DNA of 55,512 nucleotides from a plasmid: sequence record NZ_CP071303.1; one strand, 5' to 3'. Shown piece by piece: positions 29,598 to 39,883 of this stretch (position 1 is its first letter; each line of letters starts with the position of its first letter). The notes under the pieces were generated by a model. It saw only the letters and a program-made list of their open reading frames with translations, ran no database searches and was not told where the DNA came from. The position numbers and the translations under genes were made by a program.

Positions 29598-31760
29598 ATG
29601 AAAAAAATATTTAGCTTTGAGTTTTGGCAAAAATTTGGAAAGGCTTTAATGGTCGTTGTGGCAGTTATGCCAGCGGCAGGTTTGATGATCAGTATCGGTA
29701 AATCGATTCCGTTGATCAATCCTGATCTTGCACCTTTAGTTACAACGGGTGGCGTGATCGAAAATATTGGTTGGGCAGTTATCGGAAATTTACATCTTTT
29801 ATTTGCACTAGCAATAGGTGGTAGTTGGGCAAAAGAACGAGCAGGGGGAGCATTCGCTGCGGGGATCTCATTTATATTGATCAATCGGATCACAGGAGCA
29901 ATTTTTGGTGTGACTAATGAGATGTTGGCAAATGAAGACGCATTTACGCATACCTTGTTTGGCACGAAAATCATGGTTAAAGGGTTCTTTACCAGTGTAT
30001 TAGAAGCACCAGCACTAAATATGGGGGTATTTGTTGGTATTATTGCAGGGTTCGTTGGGGCGATGGCCTATAATAAATATTACAATTATCGTAAATTACC
30101 TGACGCATTATCGTTCTTTAATGGAAAAAGATTTGTTCCTTTTGTAGTTATTTTGTGGTCAACGATTGTTGCATTGATTCTTGCTATTGTATGGCCGAAT
30201 GTCCAAGCAGGGATCAATAACTTTGGATTGTGGATTGCACAGTCAAAAGAAAGCGCTCCGATTTTAGCACCATTCCTATATGGTACATTGGAACGTCTAT
30301 TGTTACCATTTGGCTTACATCACATGTTGACGATCCCAATCAATTATACGCAGCTGGGTGGTACCTATGAGATATTATCTGGTGCGCAAGCGGGAACAAA
30401 AGTATTTGGACAAGATCCTTTATGGTTGGCGTGGGCGACTGATTTGGTCAACTTGAAAGGCGCCGGCAACATGTCGCAATATGAATTCGTATTGACGAAC
30501 TGGACACCTGCTCGTTTTAAAGTGGGACAAATGATTGGTTCTTCCGGTATCTTGATGGGATTAGCACTAGCGATGTACCGTAATGTTGATCCAGACAAAA
30601 AGTCTAAATATAAATCAATGTATTTTTCAGCAGCACTTGCAGTTTTCTTAACAGGTGTAACCGAACCATTAGAGTTCATGTTCATGTTTGCAGCTGTACC
30701 TCTTTACATTGTTTATTCTGTGATCCAAGGGGCAGCTTTTGCAATGGCAGATATTCTACCTTTACGTGTCCATTCATTTGGGAACATTGAACTATTGACA
30801 CGTACACCATTAGCGATCAAAGCAGGATTAGGTATCGACTTGCTCAATTTTGTTATCTGTGTCATATTATTTGGAGTATTGACGTATTTTGTGGCAAACT
30901 TTTTGATCAAAAAATTCAATTATGCTACACCAGGACGTAATGGGAACTATAATAACGACAGTGAAGAAACGCCGTCAGGTTCTGCAACTAATGCAGATCA
31001 ACAAATCATTAAGATCATCCATTTGTTAGGTGGAAAAGAAAACATCAAGGATGTAGATGCTTGTATGACTCGTTTACGTGTCAGCGTCGAGGATCCTGGG
31101 AAAGTCGGTTCAGAAGAAGAATGGAAACGTGCTGGAGCGATGGGCTTGATCGTTAAGGACAAAGGTGTGCAAGCCGTGTATGGACCAAAAGCGGATGTGT
31201 TGAAATCGGATATTGAAGATTTACTACAATCAGGCGCTGATATTCCAGAGCCAACAGTTGAGGCAACAAATAAAAATGAGAAGAATGAAGAGAAACATGT
31301 TTTAGGTATCGAAAAAGAATTATTCACTGTAGCAACTGGTGAGGTAATTGCTTTAACAGATGTGAATGATCCAGTCTTTTCACAAAAGATGATGGGTGAT
31401 GGCTTTGCTGTCATTCCTGCCACTGGAGAAGTGACGGCACCACTTTCTGGTAAAATCGTGAGTGTCTTCCCAACCAAGCATGCAATTGGCATGCAAACAG
31501 CAGAAGGAGCAGAAGTTTTGATCCATATGGGACTGGATACTGTTCAGATGAGCCAGCCAGCGTTTGAGATCTTAGTTTCTGAAGGCCAAGAAGTAGTAGC
31601 AGGAACAACGATTGCTCAGATGAATCTAGATGCAATCAAGAACGAAGGGAAAGAAACGACGATCATAGTAGTCTTTACAGATGACAAAGTCAATGGGCTG
31701 ACAATCAATAAATTAGGAGACACTGAACGAGGAACAGTGATCGGGAAAATAAACTTGTAA
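29598..31760 (+). CDS. malT: PTS EIICBA of the glucose/maltose family (MalT-like)
   Basis: 720 aa: N-terminal EIIC permease, EIIB cysteine motif ACMTRLRV, C-terminal EIIA-Glc domain; immediately upstream of the mapP-like gene. Confidence 0.75.
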   Translation: MKKIFSFEFWQKFGKALMVVVAVMPAAGLMISIGKSIPLINPDLAPLVTTGGVIENIGWAVIGNLHLLFALAIGGSWAKERAGGAFAAGISFILINRITGAIFGVTNEMLANEDAFTHTLFGTKIMVKGFFTSVLEAPALNMGVFVGIIAGFVGAMAYNKYYNYRKLPDALSFFNGKRFVPFVVILWSTIVALILAIVWPNVQAGINNFGLWIAQSKESAPILAPFLYGTLERLLLPFGLHHMLTIPINYTQLGGTYEILSGAQAGTKVFGQDPLWLAWATDLVNLKGAGNMSQYEFVLTNWTPARFKVGQMIGSSGILMGLALAMYRNVDPDKKSKYKSMYFSAALAVFLTGVTEPLEFMFMFAAVPLYIVYSVIQGAAFAMADILPLRVHSFGNIELLTRTPLAIKAGLGIDLLNFVICVILFGVLTYFVANFLIKKFNYATPGRNGNYNNDSEETPSGSATNADQQIIKIIHLLGGKENIKDVDACMTRLRVSVEDPGKVGSEEEWKRAGAMGLIVKDKGVQAVYGPKADVLKSDIEDLLQSGADIPEPTVEATNKNEKNEEKHVLGIEKELFTVATGEVIALTDVNDPVFSQKMMGDGFAVIPATGEVTAPLSGKIVSVFPTKHAIGMQTAEGAEVLIHMGLDTVQMSQPAFEILVSEGQEVVAGTTIAQMNLDAIKNEGKETTIIVVFTDDKVNGLTINKLGDTERGTVIGKINL

Positions 31761-31837
31761 AGAATCACAGAAGTTCATGTGTGTATTTCATATCGAAAGA
31801 ATGTGTTCGATGTGTGTAACTCCTAGAAGTAAGCCGA

Positions 31838-31893
31838 TAATCCCGAAATTGCTTTTCCTATTTCAGGGATTATTGGCTTATTTTTTGAATAAA
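31838..31893 (+). terminator. Rho-independent terminator after the PTS gene
   Basis: aagccgataatccc...gggattattggctt stem followed by a T run. Confidence 0.55.
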
Positions 31894-31972
31894 CTACTTT
31901 GGGGTCTTTACCTATATGGATCCAGAAGGTGGGAGCAATGTTTCGACCCATCCCATTAAGAAGGAGAATTAT

Positions 31973-32797
31973 ATGAAAATAATGACGTTGAATACGCATA
32001 GCTGGTTAGAAGAGGAACCACAAGAAAAATTAAAACAGATCGCTCAAAAAATCTGTCATGAACAATATGATGTGATCGCATTGCAAGAAGTCAATCAAAC
32101 GATGAACGCAAAACGACTAACCAGTGAGCAGCTGAAGAATTTTAGTCAGGTGCAGGAACAAACGCCTGTCCGCTCGGATAACTTTGCCTATTGCTTGATC
32201 CAGCTCTTAGCAGAACAAGGTGAAACTTACTATTGGAGTTGGGAAATGAGTCATATCGGCTATGCTATCTATGAGGAAGGCAATGCGCTTCTTTCCAAAC
32301 AACCACTAACTAGTCAAACGCACCTAGTCTCCGAAACAAAAGAAAAAGAGGATTACCATACTCGAAAAATATTAGTAGGTCAAACCTCTGTCAAAACACA
32401 ATGTATTACTGTAGCAAGCTGTCATTTTTCTTGGTGGGCAGATGAAAAAAGCGGATTTGCATTTGAGTGGAAAGAATTAGAAGCAAGTTTAGCGCCTCTT
32501 ACAACACCACTGTATCTATTAGGGGATTTCAACAATCCTGCTGAAGGCAGCGGGTACGATTTAGTGGCAAAAAGTCAGTTGCCTATTCGTGATGCTTATC
32601 CAATCGCGCAAAAAAAACAAGCTGAAGCAACGATCGAAAAGAGAATCGATGGCTGGGAAAACAATAAAGAGGGGCTACGTATCGACTATATTTATGTACC
32701 ACAAGATTGCTTTGTTACAAGTTATCAACGTATTTTTGACGGGGAAAATGGCCCGATTGTCAGTGATCATTATGGGGTAGCAGTCACGTTGGAGTGA
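31973..32797 (+). CDS. mapP: Endonuclease/exonuclease/phosphatase-family protein, MapP-like maltose-6'-phosphate phosphatase
   Basis: ATG at 31973 with AAGGAG RBS; EEP-fold motifs (MTLNTHSW, ALQEV, SDHYGV); synteny with malT as in E. faecalis. Confidence 0.6.
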   Translation: MKIMTLNTHSWLEEEPQEKLKQIAQKICHEQYDVIALQEVNQTMNAKRLTSEQLKNFSQVQEQTPVRSDNFAYCLIQLLAEQGETYYWSWEMSHIGYAIYEEGNALLSKQPLTSQTHLVSETKEKEDYHTRKILVGQTSVKTQCITVASCHFSWWADEKSGFAFEWKELEASLAPLTTPLYLLGDFNNPAEGSGYDLVAKSQLPIRDAYPIAQKKQAEATIEKRIDGWENNKEGLRIDYIYVPQDCFVTSYQRIFDGENGPIVSDHYGVAVTLE

Positions 32798-32915
32798 AGA
32801 GAAACGAAGGAATATTGTCACAATAAGAATATGGGACAAATCTAAAAACCAGGTTTGTTACAGACTCTCGAATAAACGACGTCCGAAAGGCAGGTTTTTC
32901 GGAAATTTAAAAAAA

Positions 32916-32950
32916 ACGAGCAATACAAAAAATGTATTGTTCGTTTTTTC
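32916..32950. terminator. Bidirectional terminator
   Basis: aacgagcaataca-aaaaa-tgtattgttcgtt perfect 13-bp stem with flanking A and T runs. Confidence 0.7.
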
Positions 32951-32991
32951 TCTAATTTCTCATAAACGATTTTTGTCTCAACCTCATTTTT

Positions 32992-33827
32992 TTATGAATG
33001 TATCCGACTTCTAATAAACATGATGAATAAAATCAGCCAACCAATGAAGGTCAACCCGATGATGAAATAAAAGAAGAGCGGCAAGTCATAATATAAGGTG
33101 ATCTCATTGATACCATTATGCTGTTTGACGATTGGCGTACCGATGTCTGTCAATCCATATAATTTAGTAATATCAGATGCCATCGTTGTTTGATAATTCT
33201 TTACGAATTTTGATTTGGTATCTATAGCAATATGATTTTTGTAGCCATAGTGTCTCTCATTACCTTTAATTGTCCAGCGAGCAGCTGTATCCTTCTGTGC
33301 TCTTTTGTTCTTCGTCCAATTCACTGGTACCCTATTTGCTTTAATCAATTCATTTTCGTCTTTTGGATTACGTTGTTTAGGCGCCTCTATGAATGTTGCA
33401 TCAACAATCTGCCCTTTATGAGCGATCATCCCTTGTGATCAAGTTTTTCTTGAAAGGCAGAAAAAAGCCAGTTTCCTCTATTAGATTTTGATAGCTGATT
33501 TCTAAAGTTCCAGATAGTCTTTGCGTCTGGTACCTTGTCATCAATCTTAAGGAATCTTCTAAACGTAATCCGGTCAATCATTTGATATTCCATTGCATCA
33601 TCAGATAGATTGTATAAGCGTTGTAAAATTAGAATTTTCAACATTAAAACAAGGTCATAGGGCGGTCTACCAGCATGAAATTTGTTTTTTAAATCATACT
33701 TAAAAATCCGGTTAAGAGTTGGGCGAAAACACTCGAAATCAACCACTTTTTCTAGCCGCTCAAGAGGGTCTCCTTTTAAACTTAATTTTTCAAGATAGTC
33801 GCTATCTCCAAATAAATTCATCTTCAA
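32992..33827 (-). pseudogene. IS5-family (DDE_Tnp_1/IS1182-like) transposase, frameshifted and C-terminally truncated
   Basis: Two overlapping ORFs (133 aa plus 145 aa) share one transposase N-domain signature, FHAGRPPYDLVLMLKILILQ...IAHKGQIVDATFIEAP; no intact DDE C-terminus. Confidence 0.6.
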
Positions 33828-33987
33828 TACCTCGTTAGCTTATTTTTAATCTATTATACCTCTTTTCATACGTTTTTAGAGGTGCCCTTAACCTAGTAAA
33901 GTGTTACAATTAAAGTGTCAGGTTACCATTCGAGCGGATGGCAAGTTTCAAGATTTCATGAAGTGAAATCGCAGAAAGGGAAAAAAT

Positions 33988-34992
33988 ATGAGTGTAAGAG
34001 TCGAAAAAGTTAGCATGGGTGAGGGAAAAACAACCCAGTTGGTCAGATTGGAGAATACCAGTCTGACAGTTGAATTAGTCGCCTATGGGGCACATTTGTA
34101 TCGTGTCTTGGCTAAAGATAGGCAGGGTATTGCTGAAAATGTCGTTCTAAATGTGACACCAATATCCGCATTAGCCACTGATTTACAGTATTTTGGGGCC
34201 ACTGTAGGACCAGTCGCGGGCCGGATTAAACAAGCACAAATTGGTGACCTAAGCTTAGAAGTTAACGACAATACAAATTCGCTTCATAGTGGCTCTCAAG
34301 GCTGGTCATTCCAAGAGTGGGATTTAGATTGGCAAGAAAGCGATGACGAGATCACTGTTACTTTCAGTTATATCGATCACAAATCTGGTTTCCCTGGTCC
34401 GATTGCTGCCCAGGTTATTTATCACCTAATCGACAATCAGCTCAGCATTACCTTCACAGGAGAGTCGCCAGTTGCTACCTTCTTTAATCCAACCAATCAT
34501 GGCTACTTTAACCTTAGTGGTGAGTTGAAAACAGATATTCGACAACAAATCCTTGAAATTTCAGCTGATCACATTCTGGACACAGATGCCGAGTTAATTC
34601 CGACAGGACTATTTTTACCAGTAGCAGAGACGCCCTACGACTTCACGACAGCTAAACCAGTAGAAAATGCGCTAAATGCGCTTCCGAGTGGCTTAGATAC
34701 AGCTTTTGTTTTCGATGACCATGCGGGTGACCACCATGTTACCCTGTACGATAAAGCAAGTGGTAGACGACTAGACGTGACGAGCGAGGCTAGGAGTGTG
34801 ATCATTTATAGCGTCAGTGCGTGGGATCGGGATACTCAAGTGAATGATCATCCGATGGCAAAAGAACTGGGGTTAGCTATTGAATTTCAGGAGTTGCCGG
34901 ATTTACCGCATCATCCAGAATGGGGCAGCATCGCACTTCTACCAGATGAGAAAGTGTCAAAGACAATTCACTATAGATTTGGAGTCAGCTAA
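33988..34992 (+). CDS. malM: Aldose 1-epimerase family protein (MalM-like)
   Basis: 334 aa with galactose mutarotase-like motifs; partner of malP/pgmB in enterococcal mal operons. Confidence 0.7.
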   Translation: MSVRVEKVSMGEGKTTQLVRLENTSLTVELVAYGAHLYRVLAKDRQGIAENVVLNVTPISALATDLQYFGATVGPVAGRIKQAQIGDLSLEVNDNTNSLHSGSQGWSFQEWDLDWQESDDEITVTFSYIDHKSGFPGPIAAQVIYHLIDNQLSITFTGESPVATFFNPTNHGYFNLSGELKTDIRQQILEISADHILDTDAELIPTGLFLPVAETPYDFTTAKPVENALNALPSGLDTAFVFDDHAGDHHVTLYDKASGRRLDVTSEARSVIIYSVSAWDRDTQVNDHPMAKELGLAIEFQELPDLPHHPEWGSIALLPDEKVSKTIHYRFGVS

Positions 34993-35237
34993 AATGGTCA
35001 AAACAATCATCAGTATAACAGGAGATTATTATCATGAAGGAAAGGACACCGATCAATGTCTTCAGCGTGTCTTAAGTTTGCTAGATGAGCCCGTTATCTA
35101 TGAAATGTCCCTTTAGATGCTTTAAGTGAGGCACTTTCTAAAAATCCAGACCTCATTATCCTATCGGCTGAAAACCAACGGACGCCCCAACAAACAGAGC
35201 TAAATGGCTGGTTAACGCCAGAAATGAGTGCTTTGGT

Positions 35238-35430
35238 TCTGTTGCAAAGTTTTAAATAAAGAATAAAATCCCTTACGGTATCTATGATTTAAGCTGGGAT
35301 TCCCAATAATACCTTGATTTCAGTACAGACCGAAAACCCGAAGAGAGTGCCTTCTTTTCGGGTTTTCTTATATAATCCTCGGATGGCTTCCATGCCTTTA
35401 ATCGTGGGTGAGGCAGTGCGTAAACTTCGT
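35238..35430 (-). mobile_element. IS1216-like 3' fragment (IR plus about 55 C-terminal transposase codons)
   Basis: Reverse complement of 39230..39419 of the complete copy; begins with GGTTCTGTTGCAAAGTTTT. Confidence 0.8.
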
Positions 35431-35628
35431 TATTTCAATTAAAATTTCTTGTCTGCATTTAGGACAAAATAGAGGGAAATTTTTTAATTCAGTATCTTCC
35501 CTCATTTTTAAACGGGTCTTATTGCCACATATAGGGCACAGTATCCACCTAGTATTTACAATATCTATATCCTCCTGTTCTAATTAACAACTCAATATTC
35601 ATTTTAAAAATTTCTCTTTAGTTCACTA

Positions 35629-37569
35629 TCAATGTAAGTTGATTTTATTAAACATATGCCTTACTTTGTCTATTCTATTATTTGGACGACGTGGTTGGAA
35701 AGCAGACTTAATGTTAGTAACCTGATAACCTTTTAACTCTGTTAAACAGACACTGCGTCCATTTGTAAAGAAAGTTAAACTGTTTCGATACTCTTGAATA
35801 CAACGGGCTGGAATTTCACCAATGAGAATGACCTCGTTACCTTTTAACTTAGTATTTAAAATATTTGCACAATATTTGGAAGCATCATTATATGCTCTCG
35901 AAAGATATTCTTGTGGTACATAAATTTCGAAGCTAAGATATGGCTCTAATAACTCTGTACCACTCTTTCTAAAAGCCTGCTCTAGTACAATAGGCGCAAG
36001 CATTCGGAAATCTGCTGGCGTACTGACAGGGCTGTAATATAGACCATACTTAAAACAGATCTTACAGTCTGTTAATTTCCAACCGTACAATCCTTGTTCA
36101 CACCCATAGCGTATACCTTCCATAACTGCATTTTGAAATGATTGATTTAAATAACCTAGAGAAACCAGGCTCTCATACTGAATGCCACTACCCAAAGGAA
36201 GTGGTGTTACAGATAAACCAATAGAAGCCCAGAAAGGATTTGGAGGTACTTCGATATCAATGGTAAATTCAGATTTTTTTAATGGTCTTTCCATATAAAT
36301 GACAGTTGGTTTTCTTGTTTCTATCTCAATATGATATTTTTCTTGAATCAGAGTACAAGTTACCTCCATTTGGACCTCACCTAAAAAAGATAGCACAATT
36401 TCGTGAGTTACTGTATCTACATAATATTGTAGAAGGGGATCACTATCGGATATTTCAAAAAGTGCATCTAGTAACTTTTCTCTTTGTACTGATTTACATG
36501 GTTCAATTGTTGTTTGTAACATAGGAAGAGGATTCTCAAGAATTTCTCTATGTGGTAATCTTTTTTTATCTCCAAGTACGTTATTTAGTTTTAAAAGCTC
36601 ATTTTTTAAAATAATAATCTCACCAGGCTCTGCCTTATCTATCTGGCGTAATTCTCCATTTATTGAAGTATACATTTCTGTAACTTTTATTTTTTCCTTT
36701 TCTGATATATTGACTGAGTCTCGCAAATGTAGCGTTCCACTATAAAGACGTACATAGACAAGCCGTTGACCATCATCTGAATATTCTACTTTAAAAACAT
36801 TTCCACAAAGTTTATCTGAATTGAGTTGTGTGGGTGAAAATAATTTGCTAGTAATTACCTCTATAAGTTGTTTAATTCCAATATTATTCTTTGCACTTCC
36901 GTGATAAACAGGATATAAGGAGCAACTTTGAATTCTTTCGTTTTCCTCCTTTTCAAGTTCTGCAATATTCAATGTTTTCCCAATGGTATATTTTTCTAAT
37001 AAATAATCATTTCCCACAATTACTGTCTCCCATTGTTCTGGTTCAGTATAATCTATTACATAAGGTTTCAAATTTAGATTCACAGTCTGCTTAATTATGA
37101 TGTCGTCAGAAAGTTTGTCCTTAATATCTTGATAAACATCTGGCAAATTTATTCCATTTTGATCAATTTTGTTAATAAAAAATATTATAGGTATGTTCAT
37201 CTTTCTAAGTGCATGGAATAGTATACGAGTTTGTGACTGTACTCCATCTTTTGCAGAGATTAGCAAAATAGCTCCATCCAAAACAGATAATGAACGGTAT
37301 ACATCTGCCAAAAAATCCATGTGTCCAGGAGTATCTACAATATTTACTTTAACATTTTCCCGTTGAAAAGATGTTATTGCGGTCTGAATAGTAATACCTC
37401 TCTGGCGTTCCAAAAACATAGTATCCGTTTTCGTTGTACCGCTATCTACACTTCCTAACTCTTTAATTGCTCCGCTACTGTATAGTAAGCTTTCTGTCAA
37501 AGTAGTTTTTCCTGCATCAACATGTGCTAAGATACCGATATTAATAATTTTCAATTTTATTTCCTCCAT
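35629..37569 (-). CDS. tet(S): Tetracycline-resistance ribosomal protection protein Tet(S)
   Basis: 646 aa EF-G-like GTPase; the N-terminus [49 protein letters not shown] matches Tet(S) rather than Tet(M) (MKIINIGVLAHV...) by recall. Confidence 0.9.
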   Translation of the reverse strand: MEEIKLKIINIGILAHVDAGKTTLTESLLYSSGAIKELGSVDSGTTKTDTMFLERQRGITIQTAITSFQRENVKVNIVDTPGHMDFLADVYRSLSVLDGAILLISAKDGVQSQTRILFHALRKMNIPIIFFINKIDQNGINLPDVYQDIKDKLSDDIIIKQTVNLNLKPYVIDYTEPEQWETVIVGNDYLLEKYTIGKTLNIAELEKEENERIQSCSLYPVYHGSAKNNIGIKQLIEVITSKLFSPTQLNSDKLCGNVFKVEYSDDGQRLVYVRLYSGTLHLRDSVNISEKEKIKVTEMYTSINGELRQIDKAEPGEIIILKNELLKLNNVLGDKKRLPHREILENPLPMLQTTIEPCKSVQREKLLDALFEISDSDPLLQYYVDTVTHEIVLSFLGEVQMEVTCTLIQEKYHIEIETRKPTVIYMERPLKKSEFTIDIEVPPNPFWASIGLSVTPLPLGSGIQYESLVSLGYLNQSFQNAVMEGIRYGCEQGLYGWKLTDCKICFKYGLYYSPVSTPADFRMLAPIVLEQAFRKSGTELLEPYLSFEIYVPQEYLSRAYNDASKYCANILNTKLKGNEVILIGEIPARCIQEYRNSLTFFTNGRSVCLTELKGYQVTNIKSAFQPRRPNNRIDKVRHMFNKINLH

Positions 37570-37591
37570 TCAAAAGCTCAAAAAGCAGAAA

Positions 37592-37627
37592 AAATCCCAG
37601 TGATAAATACTCTTATCACTGGGATTT
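37592..37627 (-). promoter_or_regulatory. tet(S) leader attenuator hairpin
   Basis: 15-bp perfect stem AAATCCCAGTGATAA/TTATCACTGGGATTT followed by a U run, 25 nt upstream of the tet(S) ATG on the coding strand. Confidence 0.65.
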
Positions 37628-38610
37628 TAATACAAAAATAGCTGTATACTACACACTGATAGCCACAGATGCTTTATGATAAAATGATAAAAGTATTCTT
37701 AAACTGGGCACAAAAAACCAGTCCTTATTTTAAATAAGGATGCTTAATTAATTATTCCCGCTATCTAATTGACAGTTTATTTAAGAATACCTTGCCGCAT
37801 TTTTATTATCTCCTTTTGAATGTTATCTTAATTCTATCATATGATAGAATGCTTGTAAAGCCAACCATATTTTTTGAACGAAAGGGAAATTAATGAGAAA
37901 TTAATGGAAGTTAGTGTAGTAATTGAAGATAACTCTTCAGAATGGCTATCAAAATTCAGCGATTTAATAACGATTTACAAGTTCATAAGGGATTCTTTAT
38001 TCATCCAGCTATTATATTACTTTTCAGGTCAATAGGACAACTGTCCACAACCTTTCTACAAATATATTACGTATAATTTTTGAAATATATACTGCTTAAC
38101 AAAATATTTTGCAGTGGTTCCAATAGTTTTGAATTGTTAATATTAAGTTTGACTTGGAAAATATCATTAAAAGTTATACTGTTTATTTGGAAAAAATTGG
38201 AGAGACCTTTTTAAGTAATGTAATGAAAATAGTTATAAGTTAGAATAAAGGTGAATTTGCTTATACTTCTCATAGAAGGTTGATTTCACGCTATATTTTG
38301 GATTATTTATGCTAAATCATTATAAGTTTGCTATAGTGACATACAATTTTTTTTGCTTATACTAAATATTCAAGTATTGTTTTCATCTTAATATTCTTTA
38401 TTCATTCATTATTATTTTCCAGTTATCCTTCTTCTCTAAAGTTAATTGGTATTGGGAAATATTTTCAATCTTTGTTTCATTGTCTAAATATCGAACGGCT
38501 ATTTTTACTAGATACTGTTTCTCTTTCTTCTGAATAATTGGATTCACCAACTCAGAGTAAATAAAGTTTTGACTGATTATTGGTAAAACATCTTCCATCA
38601 TATAATAATC

Positions 38611-39419
38611 GGTTCTGTTGCAAAGTTTTAAATCTACTATCAAATAAGGTAGAATAATAGAAAAAGATAGCAGGAGGAATGACGATGAATCATTTTAAAG
38701 GAAAGCAATTTCAGCAGGATGTGATTATTGTAGCCGTGGGCTACTATCTTCGTTATAACCTTAGCTATCGTGAAGTTCAAGAAATCTTATATGATCGTGG
38801 CATTAACGTTTCTCATACGACGATTTATCGTTGGGTGCAAGAATATGGCAAACTACTCTATCAAATTTGGAAAAAGAAAAATAAAAAATCCTTTTATTCA
38901 TGGAAAATGGATGAAACGTACATCAAAATTAAAGGAAAATGGCATTATTTGTATCGAGCCATCGATGCAGATGGTTTAACCTTGGATATTTGGTTACGTA
39001 AAAAACGGGACACACAAGCAGCCTATGCTTTTCTTAAGCGGTTAGTGAAGCAGTTTGATGAACCGAAGGTTGTAGTCACAGATAAAGCCCCCTCTATTAC
39101 AAGTGCCTTTAAGAAACTAAAAGAATACGGCTTTTATCAAGGGACAGAACATCGTACCATTAAATACCTGAATAATTTGATTGAACAAGACCATCGTCCA
39201 GTAAAGAGACGCAATAAATTCTATCGAAGTTTACGCACTGCCTCACCCACGATTAAAGGCATGGAAGCCATCCGAGGATTATATAAGAAAACCCGAAAAG
39301 AAGGCACTCTCTTCGGGTTTTCGGTCTGTACTGAAATCAAGGTATTATTGGGAATCCCAGCTTAAATTATAGATACCGTAAGGGATTTTATTCTTTATTT
39401 AAAACTTTGCAACAGAACC
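38611..39419 (+). mobile_element. IS1216-like IS6-family element, 809 bp (copy 3)
   Basis: IRL GGTTCTGTTGCAAAGTTT, IRR AAACTTTGCAACAGAACC; 228-aa transposase 38679..39365 (MTMNHFKGKQFQQD...). Confidence 0.9.
38679..39365 (+). CDS. IS6-family (IS1216-type) transposase
   Basis: 228 aa, about 80 percent identical to the ISS1-like copies. Confidence 0.9.
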   Translation: MTMNHFKGKQFQQDVIIVAVGYYLRYNLSYREVQEILYDRGINVSHTTIYRWVQEYGKLLYQIWKKKNKKSFYSWKMDETYIKIKGKWHYLYRAIDADGLTLDIWLRKKRDTQAAYAFLKRLVKQFDEPKVVVTDKAPSITSAFKKLKEYGFYQGTEHRTIKYLNNLIEQDHRPVKRRNKFYRSLRTASPTIKGMEAIRGLYKKTRKEGTLFGFSVCTEIKVLLGIPA

Positions 39420-39785
39420 AAAAAATATAAGTTTCAGGAAAAGTTTGCTTTTTCTCAAAGCATGGCTATAAATAATTGTTAGTCCATTCTTAAGGTCGAT
39501 AACACTTTTCAATACCGACCCTAATACCGACCTCAATACTGACCTTGATACCGACCCTAATACTGACCCTAATACTGACCTTGATACTGACCTTGATACC
39601 GACCCTAATACTGACCCTAATACCGACCTCAATACTGACCTTGATACCGACCTTGATACCGACCTCAATACTGAACAAAAAAAGCCACCTGATTGTAGTG
39701 ACTCAATTAATATATCTAAAATCTTTCTAAAGGATACCTCGTATGTATCTGGTTGATCGAATATCAAGCCTTCTGACTGATTCAT
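39399..39785 (-). CDS. Hypothetical repeat protein ((R/G)SV(S/L) tetrapeptide repeats), C-terminus fused to or truncated by the IS1216 IR
   Basis: 128-aa ORF spanning the 12-bp minisatellite; no convincing RBS; its last codons are IS IR sequence. Confidence 0.25.
   Translation of the reverse strand: MNQSEGLIFDQPDTYEVSFRKILDILIESLQSGGFFCSVLRSVSRSVSRSVLRSVLGSVLGSVSRSVSRSVLGSVLGSVSRSVLRSVLGSVLKSVIDLKNGLTIIYSHALRKSKLFLKLIFFGSVAKF
39511..39676. repeat. 12-bp tandem minisatellite (about 14 units, YYNAATACYGAC)
   Basis: Direct reading; open in several frames on both strands. Confidence 0.85.
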
Positions 39786-39883
39786 GGCATATAACGAGGT
39801 GGTCTTTGGGTTTCAAACTAGTTCGATACATTTGATTAGGCATAATAAAATTTCATATTCTCAAAAGATGAGAAAAATTTATA

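Noticed and set aside
29582-29974. 130-aa minus-strand ORF overlapping the start of the PTS gene
   Set aside because: It is antisense to the conserved EIIC N-terminus, with no support.
26590-31760. Alternative reading of the module as the lactococcal trehalose system (trePP-pgmB plus trehalose PTS)
   Set aside because: The GH65 N-terminus matches MapA/MalP-type sequences by recall, and the PTS gene is followed by a MapP-like EEP phosphatase, which belongs to the maltose pathway. I kept the maltose call at moderate confidence.
35629-37569. Calling the ribosomal protection gene tet(M)
   Set aside because: Tet(M) starts [18 protein letters not shown]; this protein starts [23 protein letters not shown] and has the Tet(S)-specific residues throughout the N-terminal 100 aa.
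37628-37800. Search for a tet leader peptide ORF upstream of the attenuator
   Set aside because: Only a 7-codon ORF (MRQGILK) with a GGAG RBS was found. That is too short to call with confidence, so I annotated the attenuator alone.
39511-39676. Asp/Thr-rich (TDLNTDLD)n reading frame on the plus strand of the 12-bp minisatellite
   Set aside because: That frame has a stop at 39469 and no ATG, GTG or TTG before the repeats, so it cannot be translated as it stands.
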